From positions 2,278 through 66,277 of the forward strand of contig CANCYS010000006.1 of assembly GCA_947382485.1 (NCBI GenBank): a stretch of 64,000 nt of DNA. The letters are read 5' to 3'. The notes beneath the pieces are model-generated. The model made no database searches, was not told the origin of the DNA, and saw only the letters and a list, made by a program, of their open reading frames with translations. The number at the start of each line of letters is the position of its first letter. The stretch's first letter is position 1. Both the position numbers and the translations under genes were made by a program. Source of the DNA: an uncultured Clostridia bacterium (GTDB lineage: Bacteria; Bacillota; Clostridia; Christensenellales; UBA1242). This document shows positions 19,913 through 27,689 of this stretch, piece after piece.

Positions 19913-20533
19913 ATGAACTTGAAATCAAAAATCAAATCCTATAACTTTTGGGTTAGTTTAGGCAGTGCAGTTTTATTGCTTTTAAACTTGCTTGGTAGGC
20001 AATTTAACTTTTCAATTGATGAATGTTTATATAATGATATCTTAACAGCTATTTGTGGTATTTTAGTTATTCTTGGAATTATTACTATGCCAGCAGGTAC
20101 AAATCAAAAACTTCCAACTCAACAAACAAATGATTCAATTTTAAATCAACCATTTATTAAAGAACAAACACTAACTATTAATCAAACTAATCTTAATAAC
20201 TCTGAACCTGAAAATCTTAACTTTGAAGAAAAACAAGAAAATGATACTGACAATGAACAACTTCAAATGCAGGTGAATGAAATTACAAATGAAAATTCTG
20301 TTAATGGAACAACTTCACAACAATTTATTTCAAACGAAACACAAACTATAAATCAAACTGAGATTCAAAACGAAGAACAAGTCTCAATTCAATCTAATTT
20401 GAATAATATTTATGATAATAATCATGAAGTCTCAATTTCTGATACACATGTTGTTATTGAAAATAATGATTTCTCAAATCAAAATAACAATCAAAGTGAA
20501 TTTACTAATAACCAACAAACCAACACATTTTAA
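19913..20533 (+). CDS. phiLC3/LL-H-type holin N-domain fused to a long Q/N/E-rich tail
   Basis: RBS GAGGAAAAAA. N-terminus KSKIKSYNFWVSLGSAVLLLLNLLGRQFNFSIDE...ILTAICGILVILGIITMPAG gives two TM helices in the arrangement of phage holin family 1. It is followed by about 140 aa of low-complexity Q/N/E/T sequence. Confidence 0.6.
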   Translation: MNLKSKIKSYNFWVSLGSAVLLLLNLLGRQFNFSIDECLYNDILTAICGILVILGIITMPAGTNQKLPTQQTNDSILNQPFIKEQTLTINQTNLNNSEPENLNFEEKQENDTDNEQLQMQVNEITNENSVNGTTSQQFISNETQTINQTEIQNEEQVSIQSNLNNIYDNNHEVSISDTHVVIENNDFSNQNNNQSEFTNNQQTNTF

Positions 20534-20597
20534 ATCCATAATGCTATAAATAATCTTGAACCTAAAACTATGGATAATTTGTTTAAATATATTTATA

Positions 20598-20634
20598 AGA
20601 GAGATACTTTTATGTGTTTCTCTTTTTTATTTTG
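20598..20634 (+). terminator. rho-independent terminator after the holin gene
   Basis: Stem AGAGAGATAC / GTGTTTCTCT (10 bp including 2 G-U pairs), loop TTTTAT, then TTTTTATTTT. Confidence 0.6.
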
Positions 20635-20677
20635 CATAATTTGACTTTATTATTACATCTTAAATACTTTATTTTAC

Positions 20678-20706
20678 TTGATTTATTATATAAGGCATAT
20701 TATAAT
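20678..20706 (+). promoter_or_regulatory. sigma-A type promoter
   Basis: TTGATT, 17 nt spacer, TATAAT. Lies about 65 nt upstream of the ATG at 20772. Confidence 0.55.
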
Positions 20707-20771
20707 ATCACTAAGATTAAAGTTTTTTTATTAATATTTTAATTTTATAGTGAAAAGAAGGTGGCACTTTT

Positions 20772-21788
20772 ATGTCTTATAAGAACACAATGAAACTTTT
20801 TGCTTCTAATTTTGTGCTTGTTTGGAAACAATTACTATATCTTTTGGTATGTCTACTTATTTTTATTTTGTTTTCATATGTTATGGCAAGCCCAATCGTA
20901 GATTTGCTTAAAGAAAACAATATTATGAATGATATCAACATTACTTTATCAAATGCTTACAACACACCAAGTGAAGTGGCACTTAGTATTAGTGATATGT
21001 TCAAACATTTCTTTGTTATCATATTCAAAAACTTTGATAAAATTTGGCTCAGTTTCTTTGGAACAATAATCTTTGCATTATTGCTACCTTATATACTTAT
21101 TCAATTGTCTTTTTATAATATCAGTTCAATCATTTACCAAAAATTATCAACGAATATGAATGTAAAATATATTCAAAACGGACTTCAAACTCTTAGACAA
21201 TCAATCAAATATGCATTAACAACAATATTAATCAACATTCCATTTATGATTATTAGTATTTTGCTTTTATATATTTATGTGATGTCTGCGACAACTGTTA
21301 TATCTGCAATTATTGGATTGGTGTTCCTTTTTGCATTGCTTATTTTTTCGACATCAGTTCGAATGACTATATTTACTTGTTTTGTTGGAGAAATGGTTCA
21401 AAACAATTCAAGTCCATTTACTGCATTTGGCAAAGGTCTTAAATCAGTAATGAAAAACTTCTGGAAAATTTTATCAATGAGCATTATGATTCTTTTAACT
21501 GTAATTTTAGTTAATGGATTCATTGCATTATTCACATTCTTATCAGGATTGTTAGTTACAATTCCTGCAACATTTGTGCTTCTTGCAATTTACTATTTAG
21601 TCATTCACTTGAACATTCAAGGAGAAAGATATTACCTTGGTGATAACTTTATATTCAATCCTGTTAAATATAAAGTAAAAAAAGAAGACTACACAGTGAT
21701 TGATTATCCAGAAGAACAAAAAGAAATTCAAGTTCAAACCACAGTTATTAAGAAAAAGAAAACTAAAAAATCTAAAACAAATAAATAA
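20772..21788 (+). CDS. polytopic membrane protein of unknown function
   Basis: RBS GAAGGTGG. 338 aa with at least 6 hydrophobic segments and a K-rich C-terminus. Only 14 nt separate it from rnj, so co-transcription is likely. Confidence 0.6.
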   Translation: MSYKNTMKLFASNFVLVWKQLLYLLVCLLIFILFSYVMASPIVDLLKENNIMNDINITLSNAYNTPSEVALSISDMFKHFFVIIFKNFDKIWLSFFGTIIFALLLPYILIQLSFYNISSIIYQKLSTNMNVKYIQNGLQTLRQSIKYALTTILINIPFMIISILLLYIYVMSATTVISAIIGLVFLFALLIFSTSVRMTIFTCFVGEMVQNNSSPFTAFGKGLKSVMKNFWKILSMSIMILLTVILVNGFIALFTFLSGLLVTIPATFVLLAIYYLVIHLNIQGERYYLGDNFIFNPVKYKVKKEDYTVIDYPEEQKEIQVQTTVIKKKKTKKSKTNK

Positions 21789-21802
21789 TTTAAAGGAATT
21801 TT

Positions 21803-23743
21803 ATGGAAGAAAATAATTTAAACCAAAACTCAAATAGTGGAGAAGTTAATCAAACAAACAATCAAACCAATTCAAACCCACCAAAAATAAGAACTTTTAC
21901 TGAAAGCGAGCAGAGCAGTGGTTCTTATAATGTTGGAATGAAAAAAAATAAAAATCACATAAGTGATAAAATGAAACAAAAGGTTATTAAAAACCTTAAA
22001 GATATAAATCCAAATATTAATTTGGAAAATATTGCTCAACAAGAGTTATTAACTAAGAATGCTGGAACTAATGTTTCAAAAAATTCCAAGTCACAAGGAA
22101 ATAAAGTTAAAGTTATTTTTCTTGGGGGAATTGGAGAAATTGGTAAAAATATAACAGCAATTGAATGTGGAAATGACATGATTATCATTGACTGCGGTCT
22201 AGCATTTCCAAGTGAAGATATGCCTGGTGTTGACCTTGTTATACCAGATTTTTCATATATCAAAGAAAATGCTCACAAACTTAAAGGTATTGTCATAACT
22301 CACGGACATGAAGACCATATTGGAAGTTTACCATATCTGCTTCGTGATGTTAATGCTCCAATTTATGCAAGCAAAATGACATTAACTCTTCTTGATAACA
22401 AAATTAGAGAACACAAAATTCAAGGTGTAAAAGGTATTTGCGTAAATCCTGGATATGTTGTTAAGCTTGGTTGTTTTTCTGTTGAATTTGTTAAAGTAAA
22501 TCACTCAATTCCTGGTGCTTTTGCACTTTCAATCAATACTCCTGCTGGTGTAATTTTTCATACTGGTGACTTCAAAATTGACTATGAACCAATAGACGGA
22601 GAAGTTATTGACCTTGCTAGAATTGCAGAAATTGGTAAAAATGGTGTAACACTTCTACTTTCTGAAAGTACAAACGTTGAACGACCAGGTTATACAATTT
22701 CTGAAAAAAGAGTTGGTGAAAACTTAGAGAGAGTATTTATTGAAAATGCCACAAGAAGAATTTTTGTAGCAACCTTTTCAAGTAACATCTATCGTGTTGA
22801 ACAAATTGTTGACCTTGCAATTAAATATAACAGGCGAGTTGCTGTTGTTGGTAGAAGTATGATAAACAACATTGATGCTGGAATGAAAATTGGTTTATTC
22901 AAATTTGACAAAAATGTTTTCGTTGATATTGAAAAAATATCATCACTTGAAGATAAAAATGTTTTAGTTCTTTCAACAGGAAGTCAAGGTGAACCAAATA
23001 GTGCACTTTCAAGACTTGCAAATGGTGAATTTAGTAAAATTGAAATTGGTGACAATGATACAGTAATTTTTTCAAGTTATCCAATTCCTGGAAACGAAAG
23101 TATGGTTAATAGTGTGGTTAATAACCTTTACAAAAAAGGAGCTATCGTTGTCAATGAAAACGTCCATGCTTCTGGACATGCTTGTCAAGAAGAATTAAAA
23201 ACCATTCACACACTTTTAAATCCAAAATTCTTTATTCCTGTTCACGGTGAATATAGACATTTAAAAGAACATGTCATTCTTTCAGAAAAAATTGGTATGC
23301 CAAAAACAAATATGCTTATTGCAGAAATTGGAAATGTTGTTGAGTTAACAAAAAATTCAATGGCTCTTAAAGGTAATGTTCAAGCAGGTGAACAACTTGT
23401 TGACGGACTTGGTATTGGAGATGTTGGAAGTGTCGTGCTTCGTGATAGAAAACTTTTGTCAGAAGATGGACTTGTTATTGTTGTTATGGGTGTTGCTGAT
23501 GCAACAGGCGAACTTATCAATGAGCCATACCTTATCACTCGTGGATTTGTTTATACAGAAGAAGCAAGTAAACTTGGTGAAGAAGCTAAACAAGTTTTGC
23601 ATGACACTATTGAAACATTAAATTTAAGAGAAAATCATGACTGGAATGAAATTAGAAATTTAATCAGAAAACCACTCAGAAATTTCTTCTATAAAAAGAC
23701 AATGAGAACACCAATGATTCTTCCTATTATTTTCAGAGTTTAG
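21803..23743 (+). CDS. rnj: ribonuclease J
   Basis: Metallo-beta-lactamase / beta-CASP signature: VIFLGGIGEIGKN and HGHEDHIG. 646 aa. Carries an N/Q-rich N-terminal extension of about 95 aa. Confidence 0.85.
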   Translation: MEENNLNQNSNSGEVNQTNNQTNSNPPKIRTFTESEQSSGSYNVGMKKNKNHISDKMKQKVIKNLKDINPNINLENIAQQELLTKNAGTNVSKNSKSQGNKVKVIFLGGIGEIGKNITAIECGNDMIIIDCGLAFPSEDMPGVDLVIPDFSYIKENAHKLKGIVITHGHEDHIGSLPYLLRDVNAPIYASKMTLTLLDNKIREHKIQGVKGICVNPGYVVKLGCFSVEFVKVNHSIPGAFALSINTPAGVIFHTGDFKIDYEPIDGEVIDLARIAEIGKNGVTLLLSESTNVERPGYTISEKRVGENLERVFIENATRRIFVATFSSNIYRVEQIVDLAIKYNRRVAVVGRSMINNIDAGMKIGLFKFDKNVFVDIEKISSLEDKNVLVLSTGSQGEPNSALSRLANGEFSKIEIGDNDTVIFSSYPIPGNESMVNSVVNNLYKKGAIVVNENVHASGHACQEELKTIHTLLNPKFFIPVHGEYRHLKEHVILSEKIGMPKTNMLIAEIGNVVELTKNSMALKGNVQAGEQLVDGLGIGDVGSVVLRDRKLLSEDGLVIVVMGVADATGELINEPYLITRGFVYTEEASKLGEEAKQVLHDTIETLNLRENHDWNEIRNLIRKPLRNFFYKKTMRTPMILPIIFRV

Positions 23744-23758
23744 GTGAACTGGTGAACT

Positions 23759-24373
23759 ATGGAAATTGATAAAATTGAGAGTAGTGCAAGAGAATTTGGT
23801 ATTCCAATTTTAAGAACAGAAAGTCATAAAATTTTAGAAGAAATTGTTATAAAAGAAAAACCAACTAACATTCTTGAAATTGGAACAGCAATTGGATTTA
23901 GCGGAATCATCATGCTTAAATCTTCAAATGCTAAACTTGTAACAATTGAACATAATGAAGACTTTATCAAACAAGCAAAATTAAATTTTAAAAAACACCA
24001 CCTAATTAAGCGAGTTAAAATAATTCATGGTGATGCACTAGTTGAAATTTCAAAAATGCTTGCATCAAAAAAATATAATGAGTTTTTTGATTTTATTTTT
24101 CTTGATGGACCAAAAGCACAATATGATTTGATGCTTGATAGTTTACTTTTAATGCTTAAATCAAATGGAACTTTTGTTGCAGATAATGTACTTTTTAGAG
24201 GCTATATTGAAGGTAATAATACTGTCCCAACAAAACGATATAAAACTATAATTAAACGATTAGATGAATTTATTAAAAACTGCAAAAATAATCCGAATTT
24301 AATTGATTTTGAACTCAAAACCATTGAAGATGGCATTATTATTGCAAAAAAGGTTAATAATGAAAAAAAATAA
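23759..24373 (+). CDS. trmR: class I SAM-dependent O-methyltransferase (YrrM/TrmR-like)
   Basis: SAM-binding motif ILEIGTAIGFSG plus FIFLDGPK. Followed by a U32 peptidase gene, as in B. subtilis yrrM-yrrN-yrrO. Confidence 0.65.
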   Translation: MEIDKIESSAREFGIPILRTESHKILEEIVIKEKPTNILEIGTAIGFSGIIMLKSSNAKLVTIEHNEDFIKQAKLNFKKHHLIKRVKIIHGDALVEISKMLASKKYNEFFDFIFLDGPKAQYDLMLDSLLLMLKSNGTFVADNVLFRGYIEGNNTVPTKRYKTIIKRLDEFIKNCKNNPNLIDFELKTIEDGIIIAKKVNNEKK

Positions 24374-25583
24374 ATTAGAACTACTTGCTCCCGCAGGTGA
24401 TATGGAAAAACTTAAAACAGCAGTGCATTTTGGTGCAGATGCTGTTTATTTTGCTGGAAAAAATTATGGGCTTCGTGCATATGGAACGAACTTTGAAAAC
24501 TTCTCAATAAAAGAAGCAATGGACTATCTGCATGAACATGGAAAAAAGGGTTATGTAACTTTAAATGTATATGCAAGACACAATGATTTTGATGGATTAA
24601 AAGAATATTTGCTTACACTTGTTGATGCAAAAGTTGATGCTGTTATTGTATCTGACCTTGGCATTTTTACATTTATAAAAGAGAATTTTCCTAATCTTAA
24701 TATCCATGTTTCAACTCAGGCAAATGTAACAAATAGTTACGCTGTGAAGATGTGGAAAAATCTTGGTGCGGAGCGAATTGTTCTTGCAAGAGAACTTGAT
24801 ATTGATGAAATTAAAAAGATAATTAAAGACAACCCAGAAATTGATATTGAAGTTTTTGTGCATGGAGCAATGTGCATTAGTTATAGTGGAAGGTGTTTGC
24901 TTTCAAACTATTTAACAGGTAGAGATTCAAATCATGGTGAATGTGTTCAAGCATGCAGATGGAAATATTCTGTTGTTGAAGAAAATCGTCCTGATGACAA
25001 ACTTGACCTTGAAGAAGATGAAAGAGGAACATATATTTTTAATAGTAAAGATTTATGCTTAATTGAATATCTTGACAAAATCTATGATGCTGGAATTTAT
25101 AGTTTAAAGATTGAAGGTAGAATGAAATCTCCATATTACGTTGCAACAATAATCAATGCATATCGCAGAGCAATTGACCAAATGTTTGAGTGCAAAAATA
25201 ATAACTCTAAATATGATGTTTCAAACACTCTCAAAAAAGAACTTTTAAATGCAAGCCACAGAAAATATACTACTGGTTTCATGTTCAAAGATGGTGAATT
25301 AACTCAAAATCTTGAAACATCAGTTCAAGAACAAGACAGCAAGTTTATGGCAATTGTAAAAGAAGTTGAAAAAGGAAAAATCTTAATTGAACAAAGAAAC
25401 AAATTTGCAATTGGTGATAGTCTTGAAATTCTTTCTCCAAAAGATTTATTTAAGAAAGTTTTAAAAATTGAAAAGATGTATGACATTGACGGCAATGAAA
25501 TTCAAGAAGCTAAAAATGTTCAACAACTCATTTGGATTGAAACTGATCTTCCATTTGAAGTTGGTGATATATTAAGAAAATAG
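24360..25583 (+). CDS. peptidase U32 family protein (YrrO/TrhP-like)
   Basis: ATG 24360 gives MKKNKLELLAPAGD, a typical U32 N-terminus. Also IEGRMKSPYYV. The track start 24303 lies inside the upstream gene. Confidence 0.75.
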   Translation: MKKNKLELLAPAGDMEKLKTAVHFGADAVYFAGKNYGLRAYGTNFENFSIKEAMDYLHEHGKKGYVTLNVYARHNDFDGLKEYLLTLVDAKVDAVIVSDLGIFTFIKENFPNLNIHVSTQANVTNSYAVKMWKNLGAERIVLARELDIDEIKKIIKDNPEIDIEVFVHGAMCISYSGRCLLSNYLTGRDSNHGECVQACRWKYSVVEENRPDDKLDLEEDERGTYIFNSKDLCLIEYLDKIYDAGIYSLKIEGRMKSPYYVATIINAYRRAIDQMFECKNNNSKYDVSNTLKKELLNASHRKYTTGFMFKDGELTQNLETSVQEQDSKFMAIVKEVEKGKILIEQRNKFAIGDSLEILSPKDLFKKVLKIEKMYDIDGNEIQEAKNVQQLIWIETDLPFEVGDILRK

Positions 25584-25610
25584 AGACTAAGAAAAAGTCT
25601 CTTTTTTATT
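25582..25610 (+). terminator. rho-independent terminator
   Basis: AGAGACT, loop AAGAAAA, AGTCTCT, then TTTTTTATTT. Confidence 0.7.
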
Positions 25611-25675
25611 TAAAAAATTTTATATTTCAACATAAACAACAATAATCTTTCATAAAAATTTATTATGGAGGATTT

Positions 25676-26374
25676 ATGTTTTTATCTGGATTATTTGCAC
25701 TTCTATCAAAACTGTTCTTTTTCATGGGAAGAGTTGAAACGAAAAACGCATTTGAAAAACCTCTTACACATGAAGAAGAAAGAGAATGTTTTAGTAAAAT
25801 GAAAGAAGGTGATGAACTTGCAAAGGAAAAACTTATTAAACACAATTTAAGACTCGTTGCTCATATTTCTAAAAAATATAAAAATTCAAATATAGATACC
25901 GATGATTTAATTTCGATTGGTTCAATTGGTCTTATGAAAGCAATAAAAACTTTCACATATGAAAAAGGAAATAGTTTTTCAACTTATGCATCAAGATGTA
26001 TTGAAAATGAAATTTTAATGACTTTTCGTTCTGATAAAAAGAATGCCAGTGCGGTGTATTTAGATGATGTAATTTCAGTTGACAAAGATGGCAACAATCT
26101 TTCATTGTATGAAATTTTGAACTCTGATGAAAAGTGTGTTGATGAACAAGTTGAAAACAGAATAATATATAAGCAAATTGAAGAAATCATTTCAACATAT
26201 TTATCTGACAGAGAAAAAGAAATAATAGTTAAGAGATACGGCTTATATGGAACACTTCCAAAAACCCAAATCGAACTTGCAAACGAATTAAATATTTCAA
26301 GGTCATATATTTCAAGATTAGAGAAAAAAGCACTCAGTATTATTAAAAATAAATGCAATTTATTTAAAAATTGA
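25676..26374 (+). CDS. sigK: sporulation sigma factor SigK (pro-sigma-K), uninterrupted
   Basis: RBS GGAGGA. Matches B. subtilis SigK (recalled from memory) at the hydrophobic pro-sequence and the segment VETKNAFEKPLTHEEE, at HNLRLVAHI, at DLISIGSIGLMKAI and RCIENEILM, and at ISRSYISRLEKKAL. Confidence 0.85.
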   Translation: MFLSGLFALLSKLFFFMGRVETKNAFEKPLTHEEERECFSKMKEGDELAKEKLIKHNLRLVAHISKKYKNSNIDTDDLISIGSIGLMKAIKTFTYEKGNSFSTYASRCIENEILMTFRSDKKNASAVYLDDVISVDKDGNNLSLYEILNSDEKCVDEQVENRIIYKQIEEIISTYLSDREKEIIVKRYGLYGTLPKTQIELANELNISRSYISRLEKKALSIIKNKCNLFKN

Positions 26375-26438
26375 CAATATTTGCATTTTTTTGGCTAATG
26401 CATATTTTTTAAGATAGTTCTCGGCAATTCAAATAATA

Positions 26439-26467
26439 TTGACTATTTTGATTTTTCGTGCTATACT
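26439..26467 (+). promoter_or_regulatory. sigma-A promoter for rnpB
   Basis: TTGACT, 17 nt spacer, TATACT. The predicted start near 26473-26475 coincides with the 5' strand of P1. Confidence 0.65.
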
Positions 26468-26472
26468 TTGTA

Positions 26473-26791
26473 TAGTTGATTGGGCAATCACGCAACGCAA
26501 GTTGTGAGGAAAGTCCGAGCACCAAAGAGCAATCACGCTTGATAACGTCAAGCCAGGGTGACCTGAGGAAAAGTGCAACAGAAATATACAGCCTTCGGGC
26601 AATGGTGAAAAAGTGGGGTAAGAGCCCACTCGAAATATTGGTGACAATAATTCGCTGTAAACTCCGTGAGGTGCAAGATGTGGAACATATGGGCTGCTCG
26701 TCCGTTCCCGTAATCGCTTGAACATAACAGCAATGTTATGTCTAGATTGATGATTGCCTTCAATGACAGAACTCGGCTTACAGGTCAACTA
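26473..26791 (+). ncRNA. rnpB: RNase P RNA
   Basis: Universal P4 strands GAGGAAAGTCCGAGC and ACAGAACTCGGCTTACAG, with a compensatory CCGAG/CTCGG pair. P1 pairing is TAGTTGA (26473-26479) with TCAACTA (26785-26791). GC content is much higher than the flanks. The three track ORFs here are artefacts. Confidence 0.9.
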
Positions 26792-26792
26792 A

Positions 26793-26819
26793 ACGCATAA
26801 TCTTATGCGTTTTTATTTT
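26793..26819 (+). terminator. rho-independent terminator after rnpB
   Basis: ACGCATA, loop ATCT, TATGCGT, then TTTTATTTT. Confidence 0.75.
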
Positions 26820-26854
26820 GCTTAAAAATATTATTTAAGGCAATAATTTTTACT

Positions 26855-27625
26855 ATGATGATTTTTGTTTTTACAACAATACTAATCATAATTTTTTTAA
26901 TATGCATACTATGTTTCACATTCATAATGTCAAATAACAAAAAAGAAGTTTTTAACAAGAACTTTAACAATCTTAAATTTCTTTTTGTTGATGATAAAAT
27001 TAAAAAACTAAACTATCTTACACTTTATAAGTCTAATGTGAATGAAGATATGCAATTTTTATTTATGAACAAACACAAAAAATTGTACTTTGAAAATATT
27101 TTATTTAAAAACAAAAATTATTTACTAGCACTTTCAAAATTTGTAGATTATAAAATTAACACTTGCAATCAAAAGTTCAGGTCAAAAGATTCATTAATTT
27201 TAATTGATGAAATTTCAAAAATACTTGCACATGACTTAATTATAACAAACAAATGTGAAATTTTTTCAAAATACAAGATGTTAATTTCAGCGTTTAGTAT
27301 TAAACAAAAGGAAAATAAAATTTTCAAATTGCTTCTTTCTCAAAAACTTATAATTCTCTTGATTCAAATAGAAAAAGAGTTAATCGAAATATCTAATGTA
27401 ATTTATGTCTCAAAAAAAACTAAAAAAGTTAAAAAATATAAAAAGAAAATTTTATACAATGCACAAATTTACTCAATAAAAAATTATAACAAAAACTCAA
27501 CAAAACTGCTTTATGGTCGAAATATAAATATAAAAAAAACTATCAACAACTTGTTCAATGAACTTTTTGAAGCTGAATATAAACTTAAAGTTATTATTAA
27601 TTATTTAATTACAATGTACACATAA
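26855..27625 (+). CDS. hypothetical K/N-rich protein with an N-terminal TM anchor
   Basis: 256 aa. Hydrophobic N-terminus MMIFVFTTILIIIFLICILCFTFI. No motif recognised and no clear RBS. Confidence 0.5.
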   Translation: MMIFVFTTILIIIFLICILCFTFIMSNNKKEVFNKNFNNLKFLFVDDKIKKLNYLTLYKSNVNEDMQFLFMNKHKKLYFENILFKNKNYLLALSKFVDYKINTCNQKFRSKDSLILIDEISKILAHDLIITNKCEIFSKYKMLISAFSIKQKENKIFKLLLSQKLIILLIQIEKELIEISNVIYVSKKTKKVKKYKKKILYNAQIYSIKNYNKNSTKLLYGRNINIKKTINNLFNELFEAEYKLKVIINYLITMYT

Positions 27626-27689
27626 ATTTTCTTTACAAAGATGACAAAAACATGCTACAATATTACGAATATATTTAGTGGGGTTATTT

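Larger units (their letters stand above)
6708..20533 (+). mobile_element. phage-derived cluster holding only a regulator, a podovirus-like virion module and a holin (prophage arm, remnant or domesticated element)
   Basis: Contains terL, portal, scaffold, capsid, candidate tail genes and a holin, with overlapping or nearly abutting reading frames. No integrase, repressor, replication, tape-measure or endolysin genes are present in the window. The right end is marked by the terminator at 20598-20634 and a housekeeping operon. Confidence 0.65.

Noticed and set aside
1-20533. A PaLoc-like arrangement (alternative sigma factor, giant secreted protein and holin), as in the large clostridial toxin loci.
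   Set aside because: The giant protein has an ordinary Sec/lipoprotein signal and so needs no holin. The holin lies 13 kb away at the end of a virion operon. The regulator shows only a region-4-type HTH rather than a TcdR-like two-domain sigma. No toxin-type motifs were seen.
6583-20636. A shared 10-mer, TTATTTTGCA, at 6583-6592 and 20627-20636, considered as possible att repeats bounding the phage-like module.
   Set aside because: It is only 10 bp of AT-rich sequence. By my rough estimate, about one such chance match is expected when comparing a 400-bp and a 240-bp AT-rich region. The flanking bases diverge immediately.
24303-24359. Upstream-extended track starts at 24303, 27678, 32999, 36309, 43514, 57131, 57643, 6681, 10353, 14214 and 14599.
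   Set aside because: Each extension starts at a non-ATG codon or lies inside the preceding gene, promoter or operator. In every case an internal ATG with a good Shine-Dalgarno sequence gives the family-typical N-terminus.
25611-25675. A SigE- or SigK-type sporulation promoter upstream of sigK (CATAAAAAT at 25651).
   Set aside because: The spacing to any ATATT-like or AC -35 element does not fit the consensus geometries I know. In AT-rich DNA the call would be too speculative.
26429-26788. Three track ORFs over this stretch: 26429-26788 (minus), 26476-26721 (plus) and 26548-26763 (minus).
   Set aside because: They lie entirely within the RNase P RNA gene, a GC-rich structured RNA with the conserved P4 strands. 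They have no RBS and their sequences do not look protein-like, so they are ORF artefacts.
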